A stretch of DNA of 64,000 bases from contig JAEWAY010000010.1 of NCBI GenBank assembly GCA_023391415.1, forward strand, positions 8,363-72,362. The letters run 5' to 3'. The DNA is from Bacteroidota bacterium. Its GTDB lineage: Bacteria; Bacteroidota; Bacteroidia; Cytophagales; Cytophagaceae. The notes beneath the pieces were generated by a model. The model was not told the DNA's origin. It ran no database searches and saw nothing but the letters and a program-made list of their open reading frames with translations. This document shows, one piece after another, positions 20,450 to 30,243 of the stretch. The position numbers were made by a program, and so were the translations under genes. Within the stretch, counting starts at the first letter, position 1. Every line of letters begins with the position of its first letter.

Positions 20450-23278
20450 ATGAGTTCAAAAAAACTATTCCTCCTTGACGCCATGGCGCTGATATACCGC
20501 GCTCATTTCGCCTTTTCCAAAAATCCGAGAATCTCTTCTACCGGCATCAATACCAGCGCGGTGTTTGGCTTCGCCAATTCTCTTATGGAGGTAATCATCA
20601 AGGAAGCTCCCACTCATATCGGAGTCGCTTTTGATACGGCTTCACCTACTTTCCGACATGAATCCTTTGAAGCCTATAAAGCCAACCGTCAGGAACAGCC
20701 GGAGGACATACGCGTAGCCATCCCCTATGTGATTCGCCTGCTCGAATGCTTCCGGATACCTGTACTGATGCTGGATGGCTATGAAGCCGACGACATCATC
20801 GGAACACTGGCGACCCAGGCGGGCAAAGAAGGCTTTGAGGTCTATATGATGACCATGGATAAGGACTATAGCCAGCTTGTCAACGAGCAGGTATTTCTAT
20901 ATAGGCCAGCCTATATGGGCAACGGGCATGAAATCTATGACACCGCGAGAGTTCTTGAAAAATTTCAGATACAACATGTGGACCAGGTACGGGACATACT
21001 AGGTCTCATGGGCGACGCGGTAGACAATATACCGGGGATACCAGGGATAGGTGAAAAAACAGCGCGGAAGTTGATCGCCGAATTCGGCACCGTGGAGAAT
21101 CTCATCGCCAACGCCGACAAGCTCAAAGGCAAGCAAAAAGAAAACGTCATCAACTTCGGAGCCCAGGGGATTCTCTCTAAAGAGCTCGCGACCATCCACC
21201 TCAATGTCCCTATCGCGTTTGACGAGGAGGCCCTGCGATACAAAGGTCCGGACAAAGAGCCTCTTTTATCGCTTTGCGATGAATTGGAATTCAGGACATT
21301 AAAAAAGCGGCTTTTTGGCGAAGAAAATCCCGCCCCGGCCAAGACCATCTCTACCGGCGGACAAATGGAACTGTTTTCATCGGCGACTCCGGAGGACAAA
21401 GCTACCCTGCTCATCGTAAGCGCGGATCCGGAAAACGCGGTCGAAGCTCCGCGCGAAGCGCTTGACTCCATAGCGACAGTCATACATGACTACTATATCA
21501 TGGATACCGCCGAAAAAAGGCGTTTGCTGCTTGAATCGCTTCTATCGCGAAAAGAATTCTGCTTTGATACTGAAACCACCGCGATCAACGCGTTTGAAGC
21601 TCAACTGGTCGGTATCGCGTTTTCCTGGCGAGCGGGTGAGGCTTATTATGTTCCGCTTCCCTCCGATGATCAGAAAACCTGTCAGCGTATCATCGATGAG
21701 TTCAGGCCCGCGCTGGAGCACGAAACCATCTTAAAAATAGGTCAGAATCTAAAATACGACGCGCTGGTTTTAAAAAATTACGGAATCACGATTCAGGGAC
21801 CGTTTTTCGATACCATGCTCGCTCACTACCTGATCGAGCCGGATATGAGACATAATATGGACGCCCTGGCGGAAATTTATCTCAACTACGCCTGCATATC
21901 CATTGAGGAACTGATCGGCAAAAAAGGTAGCAAACAAAAAAGCATGAAAGATGTGCCTGTCGAACTGGTTGCCGAATACGCGGCGGAAGACGCGGATATC
22001 ACCTTTCGTCTGAAAAAAGTGTTCGAGGAAAAATTGCGGGAATCGGACACGCTGGCGCTTTTCGAAAAGGTTGAAGTACCTTTGATCAGTGTACTGGCGG
22101 ATATGGAATACAATGGTGTCGCGATCAACACCGACAGTCTCAGGGAATACAGCGGTCTACTCAAAGATGAAATAGCGACTATTGAAAAAAGCATTTTTGA
22201 AAAAGCGGGCCAGGAGTTCAATATCGCTTCTCCGCGTCAACTGGGGGAGGTTCTTTTCGAGAAACTCAAACTGGACGATAAGGCCAAAAAGACCAAAACC
22301 GGTCAGTACGCTACCGGAGAGGAGGTATTGATACGACTAGCGGGGAGCCACACCATCATCAGAGATATTCTGGATTTCAGGGAGCTACAGAAACTAAAAA
22401 ACACCTACGTCGACACGCTTCCAACCCTCATCAGCTCCAAGGACGGCAGGGTACATACCTGTTATAACCAGGCGGTAGCCGCTACGGGGCGCCTCAGCTC
22501 CACCAATCCCAACCTGCAAAACATTCCTGTGAAGACCGCGAGGGGGCGAGAAATCCGCAAGGCCTTTGTGGCCCGCGACCCCAATCACCGGATCCTGTCG
22601 GCCGACTATAGTCAGATCGAGCTACGGGTAATGGCGTCTTTCAGCAAAGAGCAAAACATGATCGAGGCCTTCCGCGAGGGACGGGACATACACAGCACGA
22701 CCGCCAGCAGGGTATACAATACGCCTCTGACCGAAGTCACTTCCGAGATGCGCTCCAAGGCCAAAATGGTCAACTTTGGAATTATCTACGGCATATCCGC
22801 TTTCGGCCTCAGCCAGCGCCTTGATATCCCACGGCGGGAAGCCGCCGATATCATCGAAGCCTATTTCCGGGAATTTCCAGCCATCAAAATTTATATGGAC
22901 GAAGTGATCAACCAAGCGAGGGAACGCGAATATGTCGAAACCATCCTTGGTCGCCGGCGCTATCTGCGCGACATCAATTCCCGTAACATAACCATGCGCG
23001 GCTTTGCCGAACGCAACGCGATCAACGCGCCCATCCAGGGCAGCGCCGCCGATATGATCAAGGTCGCCATGATCAATATCGATCAATGGCTCCGGAAAGA
23101 AAAACTACGGACCAAGATGATATTGCAGGTACATGACGAACTTGTATTTGACGTCCCGGTCGATGAAATCCCGGTCTTACAGAGCAAGGTCGAAGAATTG
23201 ATGAAAACGGCTATACCCATGGAGGTGCCTATGGAAGTTGGGATCGGGATCGGGACCAATTGGCTCGAGGCGCACTAA
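20450..23278 (+). CDS. polA: DNA polymerase I
   Basis: 5-prime nuclease domain (LLDAMALIYRAHFA), 3-5 exonuclease domain (FDTETT), Pol A motifs (DYSQIELR, QVHDELVF). Confidence 0.95.
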   Translation: MSSKKLFLLDAMALIYRAHFAFSKNPRISSTGINTSAVFGFANSLMEVIIKEAPTHIGVAFDTASPTFRHESFEAYKANRQEQPEDIRVAIPYVIRLLECFRIPVLMLDGYEADDIIGTLATQAGKEGFEVYMMTMDKDYSQLVNEQVFLYRPAYMGNGHEIYDTARVLEKFQIQHVDQVRDILGLMGDAVDNIPGIPGIGEKTARKLIAEFGTVENLIANADKLKGKQKENVINFGAQGILSKELATIHLNVPIAFDEEALRYKGPDKEPLLSLCDELEFRTLKKRLFGEENPAPAKTISTGGQMELFSSATPEDKATLLIVSADPENAVEAPREALDSIATVIHDYYIMDTAEKRRLLLESLLSRKEFCFDTETTAINAFEAQLVGIAFSWRAGEAYYVPLPSDDQKTCQRIIDEFRPALEHETILKIGQNLKYDALVLKNYGITIQGPFFDTMLAHYLIEPDMRHNMDALAEIYLNYACISIEELIGKKGSKQKSMKDVPVELVAEYAAEDADITFRLKKVFEEKLRESDTLALFEKVEVPLISVLADMEYNGVAINTDSLREYSGLLKDEIATIEKSIFEKAGQEFNIASPRQLGEVLFEKLKLDDKAKKTKTGQYATGEEVLIRLAGSHTIIRDILDFRELQKLKNTYVDTLPTLISSKDGRVHTCYNQAVAATGRLSSTNPNLQNIPVKTARGREIRKAFVARDPNHRILSADYSQIELRVMASFSKEQNMIEAFREGRDIHSTTASRVYNTPLTEVTSEMRSKAKMVNFGIIYGISAFGLSQRLDIPRREAADIIEAYFREFPAIKIYMDEVINQAREREYVETILGRRRYLRDINSRNITMRGFAERNAINAPIQGSAADMIKVAMINIDQWLRKEKLRTKMILQVHDELVFDVPVDEIPVLQSKVEELMKTAIPMEVPMEVGIGIGTNWLEAH

Positions 23279-23722
23279 GCATTAAAAGCCCAGCCCCACT
23301 CGTGTCTGGACTCGAAATAGCTCAAGGCCTTCGCGCATTCTCTCCCGTTTCCGGCTGAGCGATCCATTGCCTTCATCATACCGCGACGGTACCGGACAGC
23401 GTCTGGTCACATAGCCGGAGTGGGCTCTCATGGCAATACCGCGGTTACTTATCATTTCAGCCGTTGACGATGAAATCAGTCTTCTCTTACGGCTGGTCAG
23501 TTATACTACCGCGAAGCGGTCGCCTATATCCAGTAGCGATTATAACCCCATTTACTAAAAGTTGATATTTTTATTCTATTTTTGTACTTTTAACTACAAG
23601 CGTATGATTTTATTATTTTACATGATTAAATTTTATAATACTATTTAAATCAAAAAATTAAGAACAAGGAATCACCTTACATTTCAAAAATTAAGCGCTT
23701 ATTATTTAAAAAATAGCTGGAT

Positions 23723-23938
23723 ATGGAAGAATATTACAAACTAAATAAGCAGTTAATTGATTTTTTTGGATCCGGTATAGATGAGAACGATTTTTCAAGA
23801 TTATCGGAAAGCGACCAGATGAAGTGTCTTGAAGTAGTTCAAACATTTCTGGACAGCTATAAGGCCGGACGTCAACTCCCTCCTAAAGCGACGGATATCA
23901 TATGGGGCAACTGGCGGGCCGACCCATACAAGGAATAG
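23723..23938 (+). CDS. hypothetical small protein
   Basis: 71-aa ORF after an AT-rich promoter-like region. No recognisable family. Confidence 0.35.
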   Translation: MEEYYKLNKQLIDFFGSGIDENDFSRLSESDQMKCLEVVQTFLDSYKAGRQLPPKATDIIWGNWRADPYKE

Positions 23939-24114
23939 ATAACGCGAGTCGTGTTTTTTTAAAATAAAATATCCCTGATTCATGATTTATAAAAAAAAAG
24001 AACCTTTATTAGCGCTCTGAGAGGAAGATCGGATATTACTCCCGCGAGCTTCTGAATCATCCATGGAAGTGGTTTTTAGTTAAAAGTATTCATCACGAAT
24101 TATCCTATCAAAGC

Positions 24115-24999
24115 ATGTCGGTTCCTATCGAAAAATTTGAAAACCCAGGTATTCAAAACCCTGCCTTTTCCATTCTCATTCCCTCATGGAACAACTTGCC
24201 CTACTTACGGAATTGTATAACTTCAATAGAAAAGAATTCTCACTTAAAACATCAAATTATCGTCATTATCAATGAAGGCCGGGATGGGACCTTGGAATGG
24301 GTCCGGAGTCAGGGATACGACTATGTGTACTCCACAAACAACATAGGCATCTGTTATGGGCTAAACATGAGCAGAAGCCTGGTAAAAGCCAGGTATATAT
24401 TGTATATCAACGACGACATGTATACGGCGCCCGACTGGGATCTGCCCTTGTACGAAGAAGCCGTGAAGATAGGGAATCCTTACTTCATGCTTTCCGGCAC
24501 CATGGTGGAGCACACGGATACGGGAAATCCCTGCGTCCGGGTCGCCGACTTTGGCAGGGATTGGGATACATTCAGGGAAGACGAGTTTCTCGCGGCGATA
24601 CCCGACTTATATAAAGCGGACTGGACAGGCGCTTCCTGGCCTCCCACCCTGCTCCATACCGATCTATGGGATATGGTAGGCGGCATGAGTATTGAATATT
24701 CTCCCGGCATGTATTCCGACCCGGATTTGAGCATGAAATGCTATCAGGCGGGTACGCGGATATTCAAAGGTATAGGACGGTCACTGGTATATCATTTTGG
24801 CAGCAAGTCTACCAGCAAACTAAAAAAACCCAATACAGGCCGCGCCGTATTTTTGGCCAAGTGGAGAATCTCGGCCAATACCTTTTATAAAAAAATCTTG
24901 CGTATGGGCACGGACTACAGACCCATCCCGGATCAGGATATCAAACAGTTATCGAATGGCGTAGCTAGCAGACTCAAACGAATCAAAAATCAGCTTTAG
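24115..24999 (+). CDS. glycosyltransferase family 2
   Basis: N-terminal GT-A pattern (FSILIPSWNNLPYLRNCITS, DDD-like NDDM). Confidence 0.8.
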   Translation: MSVPIEKFENPGIQNPAFSILIPSWNNLPYLRNCITSIEKNSHLKHQIIVIINEGRDGTLEWVRSQGYDYVYSTNNIGICYGLNMSRSLVKARYILYINDDMYTAPDWDLPLYEEAVKIGNPYFMLSGTMVEHTDTGNPCVRVADFGRDWDTFREDEFLAAIPDLYKADWTGASWPPTLLHTDLWDMVGGMSIEYSPGMYSDPDLSMKCYQAGTRIFKGIGRSLVYHFGSKSTSKLKKPNTGRAVFLAKWRISANTFYKKILRMGTDYRPIPDQDIKQLSNGVASRLKRIKNQL

Positions 25000-25080
25000 C
25001 AATAAAATCATTCTTCAAAAGCTCTCATCTTTTTCATTCGATCATGATCTTGGACGATTGGTGAAAAACCGGGTTGTTGT

Positions 25081-28000
25081 GTTGTGATTTGCTTTCATTC
25101 ATTGAAATACTGAGATTTACTACAACCACCTGCCAAGATTTATCCCCTCTGTAATAGTTGTGATTTGCTTTCATTCATTGAAATACTGAGATTTACTACA
25201 ACTGATTGCAGCTACGACATACACGACATTATGTTGTGATTTGCTTTCATTCATTGAAATACTGAGATTTACTACAACAAGAACTCGACACTCCGGATCC
25301 TTGCCCAAGTTGTGATTTGCTTTCATTCATTGAAATACTGAGATTTACTACAACCTAAAAATTAATCCCCCTGCAAATCACCGGTTGTGATTTGCTTTCA
25401 TTCATTGAAATACTGAGATTTACTACAACGCCAGGCTCGATTTCAATATCAAGACCGGAGTTGTGATTTGCTTTCATTCATTGAAATACTGAGATTTACT
25501 ACAACTATATTAAGTGTACCGCCTAACTGGCCATAGTTGTGATTTGCTTTCATTCATTGAAATACTGAGATTTACTACAACCTTTTTTTATACTTCCGGT
25601 ATTTGCTTAGAGTTGTGATTTGCTTTCATTCATTGAAATACTGAGATTTACTACAACATAGTTAAAGGATATCCGGACAATACATTGTTGTGATTTGCTT
25701 TCATTCATTGAAATACTGAGATTTACTACAACGTAGTATCAAGCATATGATCAATTCGCTCCGTTGTGATTTGCTTTCATTCATTGAAATACTGAGATTT
25801 ACTACAACACTATCCGAGTGACTGAAAGTATCTTCCTAGTTGTGATTTGCTTTCATTCATTGAAATACTGAGATTTACTACAACTTGCATACGGTAAACT
25901 TTGTTGTTATTGTAAGTTGTGATTTGCTTTCATTCATTGAAATACTGAGATTTACTACAACTAAAAACCCTTGATTTTACAAGGGTTTTCGGTTGTGATT
26001 TGCTTTCATTCATTGAAATACTGAGATTTACTACAACAGTTGACGAGCGTATTAAAGTCGCGTTGTCGTTGTGATTTGCTTTCATTCATTGAAATACTGA
26101 GATTTACTACAACCAGATGGAAAACGCCTGTCTACATATCCAAGTTGTGATTTGCTTTCATTCATTGAAATACTGAGATTTACTACAACGCCGTGGCAAT
26201 CGCCCCAACTCCTGTATTGGTTGTGATTTGCTTTCATTCATTGAAATACTGAGATTTACTACAACACAACAGAATCCCCTCTTTATCGGGCAACAGTTGT
26301 GATTTGCTTTCATTCATTGAAATACTGAGATTTACTACAACATAGAAAGTAAAATTATCGTCTTCTTGCTGGTTGTGATTTGCTTTCATTCATTGAAATA
26401 CTGAGATTTACTACAACCGGAGTCAGGTACATGGTTGAGTGTCTTTAGTTGTGATTTGCTTTCATTCATTGAAATACTGAGATTTACTACAACCCAATTT
26501 GGGGTATACCGACTCGGATCTAGGTTGTGATTTGCTTTCATTCATTGAAATACTGAGATTTACTACAACACAGTTACACAATGAACAACTACAGATGTAG
26601 TTGTGATTTGCTTTCATTCATTGAAATACTGAGATTTACTACAACACTGATGATCTATGAATTACTTAGACTACGGTTGTGATTTGCTTTCATTCATTGA
26701 AATACTGAGATTTACTACAACAAATCTTGGAATTCGCGGAGAGTTTAGGCGGTTGTGATTTGCTTTCATTCATTGAAATACTGAGATTTACTACAACTGT
26801 AATCTCCCGCGGAGAAAGTTCCATGAGGTTGTGATTTGCTTTCATTCATTGAAATACTGAGATTTACTACAACAAATCTTGGAATTCGCGGAGAGTTTAG
26901 GAGGTTGTGATTTGCTTTCATTCATTGAAATACTGAGATTTACTACAACTTGCTTCCAGAAAACGCGACCAAGGAGTAGTTGTGATTTGCTTTCATTCAT
27001 TGAAATACTGAGATTTACTACAACAGCATTCTCCGTTTTGGTCGCAGCCTCGCCGTTGTGATTTGCTTTCATTCATTGAAATACTGAGATTTACTACAAC
27101 CTTTCTGCAATACCTCAAGCATTGCTTTAGTTGTGATTTGCTTTCATTCATTGAAATACTGAGATTTACTACAACTCAACCGGGGATTGAAACACCGGGG
27201 CAACAGTTGTGATTTGCTTTCATTCATTGAAATACTGAGATTTACTACAACGGCGAAGTTTGGCGGAGCAATCATAATAGGTTGTGATTTGCTTTCATTC
27301 ATTGAAATACTGAGATTTACTACAACCTGATGAGCTAACTACTCATCGAATTTTAAGTTGTGATTTGCTTTCATTCATTGAAATACTGAGATTTACTACA
27401 ACGAAGAAACTCAGGTGGAGACATGGCCGCCAGTTGTGATTTGCTTTCATTCATTGAAATACTGAGATTTACTACAACGGTAGCGGATTGTTCGCTGATC
27501 CCCGTTAGTTGTGATTTGCTTTCATTCATTGAAATACTGAGATTTACTACAACTTATGAGCATAAGGACGGTGGCAAGTGACAGTTGTGATTTGCTTTCA
27601 TTCATTGAAATACTGAGATTTACTACAACTGGCTGGTTTTTTCCATTATGGATACATTAGTTGTGATTTGCTTTCATTCATTGAAATACTGAGATTTACT
27701 ACAACTCCCTGTAGTATGTCAAGTCTATTAATTGCAGTTGTGATTTGCTTTCATTCATTGAAATACTGAGATTTACTACAACAGTAAAAATGGATTTTAA
27801 AACATTACCAAGGTTGTGATTTGCTTTCATTCATTGAAATACTGAGATTTACTACAACAGTAAATCGCTTTTCAATCAAATCCTTTGTGTTGTGATTTGC
27901 TTTCATTCATTGAAATACTGAGATTTACTACAACTTCTTTCCAAAATCGCCAACGCTCTCGGAAGTTGTGATTTGCTTTCATTCATTGAAATACTGAGAT

Positions 28001-28690
28001 TTACTACAACCCGAGGTTAGCGTTTCTTTTCATTCCGTTAGTTGTGATTTGCTTTCATTCATTGAAATACTGAGATTTACTACAACCATCAGCCGCCCAT
28101 ATCCGGTAATCGGTTGAGTTGTGATTTGCTTTCATTCATTGAAATACTGAGATTTACTACAACAAAAAACTAGCTGAATGGATGCAGGAAGGGTTGTGAT
28201 TTGCTTTCATTCATTGAAATACTGAGATTTACTACAACTGATGAGCTAACTACTCATCGAATTTTAAGTTGTGATTTGCTTTCATTCATTGAAATACTGA
28301 GATTTACTACAACTCCCTGAATATTTACGTTTCTAATTATCTGTTGTGATTTGCTTTCATTCATTGAAATACTGAGATTTACTACAACAGTCGATGCGAG
28401 CAATTCTAGCTTTACTAGTTGTGATTTGCTTTCATTCATTGAAATACTGAGATTTACTACAACTAGCTTTCAATTCGCTTCGCTTCGATCAGGGTTGTGA
28501 TTTGCTTTCATTCATTGAAATACTGAGATTTACTACAACTTTCTATCCCTTGGAGAAAAGGAGTATGAAGTTGTGATTTGCTTTCATTCATTGAAATACT
28601 GAGATTTACTACAACCATATGATTATGTTCAAAGCTAGTTGCTAGTTGTGATTTGCTTTCATTCATTGAAATACTGAGATTTACTACAAC
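25081..28690 (+). CRISPR. CRISPR array 1: 48 identical 46-nt repeats and 47 spacers of 29-31 nt
   Basis: I counted repeat starts one by one from 25081, 25157, 25233 through 28570 and 28645. Repeat is GTTGTGATTTGCTTTCATTCATTGAAATACTGAGATTTACTACAAC. Strand is assigned from anti-repeat complementarity (see the tracrRNA feature). Confidence 0.97.
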
Positions 28691-28761
28691 CTAATCCAGT
28701 ATTTCAAACTCAGTATCAAAAAATTACACTCCATATCAGGATGAAAAAATCGCGTTTGTAC

Positions 28762-28798
28762 GATCAAAAATCCGTACGATGAACCCGGATTTTTGATC
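28762..28798. terminator. 13-bp perfect inverted repeat between cas2 and array 1
   Basis: GATCAAAAATCCG-(11 nt)-CGGATTTTTGATC, 10 nt downstream of the cas2 stop. It could stop transcription in both directions. Confidence 0.45.
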
Positions 28799-28807
28799 CT
28801 GTGCTGC

Positions 28808-29146
28808 CTAAAATAGCTCCAATTGCTGGGGTGTATCGGGCCGCCGGGCCGATTTGGGACCCCGGAAAAATTCCATCCGACCAAACTGCGCGTCGGTAAT
28901 CTCAAAGATGATCACCTCCCCTTTTTCGGGCAGCAGGCTTTTGACCCGTTTTTTGTGTACTTCGGCATTTTCGCGGCTGTTGCAATGCCGGGAGTAGATG
29001 CTATACTGCACCATAGCAAAGCCATCCTTGAGCAATCCTTTGCGAAAGGTAGCGTAGGCCTTGCGGTCTTTTTTGGTTTCGGTCGGCAAATCAAAATATA
29101 CAAATACCCACATGATGCGATACTGGTTGAAGCGTTCGGTTGACAT
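28808..29146 (-). CDS. cas2: CRISPR-associated endoribonuclease Cas2
   Basis: 112 aa starting from [22 protein letters not shown], a Cas2 ferredoxin-fold N-terminus. The longer 155-aa reading overlaps cas1 and is unlikely. Confidence 0.9.
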   Translation of the reverse strand: MSTERFNQYRIMWVFVYFDLPTETKKDRKAYATFRKGLLKDGFAMVQYSIYSRHCNSRENAEVHKKRVKSLLPEKGEVIIFEITDAQFGRMEFFRGPKSARRPDTPQQLELF

Positions 29147-29159
29147 AAACACACTTTTT

Positions 29160-30059
29160 TCAGAGTTCCGGATAAGGCACTTTACGCTTTGTTCCCTCAA
29201 AGCAGGCCATGAGGCCGGCCGTAGTATGCTGCATTGCCACCATGAGGGGGCGGAGCTTGCCATCGATGGTGACATCTGTCACCGGTAGTTGCAGTAATGT
29301 AGCCTTGTCGGCGGTACGCAGGGTTTCGGGCATATGAGGCAGTTCCGCCAGCCAGCGCAACACCAGCAGATCGGCAATGGGGCGGTACGGCTCCATGATA
29401 TCATCGGCCAGGCAAAAGGAGTTGTACTTGTTGCGATGGTGTATACCCAGAGCCGGCAAAAAACCGCTCATGACCAGACTGCGAGCCGTAATAGCCCGGA
29501 GTATGGCATAGGCATAGTTGAAAAAAGGATTGGGCATAGGCTCATCCTGCCCGCGGGTGACCTCGTAGCCCCGCAGTATCAGATCCCAGTAGCGGGAAGC
29601 CGCCCGACCCTCCATATTTTCGGGATCTCCGCTGTTCACTTTTTCGGCTATTTTGCGTACAGCCGATCCATCATAGCCCAGTGTATCAAGTACAGCGGCC
29701 TGATTGAGAATTTTCTGCTCTATGGTCTGCTTCCAGATCTGTTTTTTGAGTGGTTCGCTGGCTTCCATCTGCGTACGCAGGGCTTCGGTAAAGGTGGAGT
29801 TGCCCTGCATATTCCAGGTGAGGGCTCCAGGCATATGCCTATCGTCGCACCAGATCACGGCAGCGTAGTGTTGAGCCAGTGCAGACACCACACTTTGGGT
29901 AAAAGTGATCTGCCGGTGATCGAGCACCAGCACACCTATATCTTCCAGAGGCACCTGACGGCTCTCCCGATCACTGTCTTTGGGAAACTCTACCAACAGT
30001 TGACCATAGCGAATGCTCAGGTGTGCCGGGTTTTCGAAGTAAAGAGTTCGTTTGATCAT
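29160..30059 (-). CDS. cas1: CRISPR-associated endonuclease Cas1 (type II)
   Basis: About 299 aa starting from [15 protein letters not shown]. Type II Cas1-like features ([37 protein letters not shown]). Confidence 0.95.
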   Translation of the reverse strand: MIKRTLYFENPAHLSIRYGQLLVEFPKDSDRESRQVPLEDIGVLVLDHRQITFTQSVVSALAQHYAAVIWCDDRHMPGALTWNMQGNSTFTEALRTQMEASEPLKKQIWKQTIEQKILNQAAVLDTLGYDGSAVRKIAEKVNSGDPENMEGRAASRYWDLILRGYEVTRGQDEPMPNPFFNYAYAILRAITARSLVMSGFLPALGIHHRNKYNSFCLADDIMEPYRPIADLLVLRWLAELPHMPETLRTADKATLLQLPVTDVTIDGKLRPLMVAMQHTTAGLMACFEGTKRKVPYPEL

Positions 30060-30160
30060 AGTACCACACAACAGAAAGCTATGTGGATAAATACAAAAAT
30101 GTGGTACTTTGGTTTAAAAAAAGAGAATTTGACAACGCTCATTATCAGAACAACAAATGA

Positions 30161-30202
30161 TAAAAAAAGCCTGATTCGGTACCATGTATACCCAATCAGG
30201 CT
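30161..30202 (-). terminator. intrinsic terminator between cas9 and cas1
   Basis: On the minus strand, AGCCTGATT-(17 nt)-AATCAGGCT is followed by T7, 42 nt after the cas9 stop. Confidence 0.55.
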
Positions 30203-30243
30203 TTTACAAAAGATCCTGTAAAAGTGTCAGAATCTTTAGATAT

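Noticed and set aside
23290-23560. RNase P RNA, tmRNA, SRP RNA or a known riboswitch in the GC-rich block after polA.
   Set aside because: On either strand I could not find GAGGAAAGTCCGG or ACAGAA..GGCTTA (RNase P), a GGGGCTGA start or TCCACCA end (tmRNA), or the SRP, TPP, SAM or cobalamin cores.
26842-28439. ORFs of 60-76 aa inside CRISPR array 1 (26842-27072, 26879-27061, 28254-28439).
   Set aside because: Their peptides are periodic translations of the repeat (for example VVVNLSISMNESKSQ). They are artefacts of the array.
29334-30221. 295-aa plus-strand ORF.
   Set aside because: It is antisense to cas1 and has no recognisable domains. The cas1 frame is clearly the real one.
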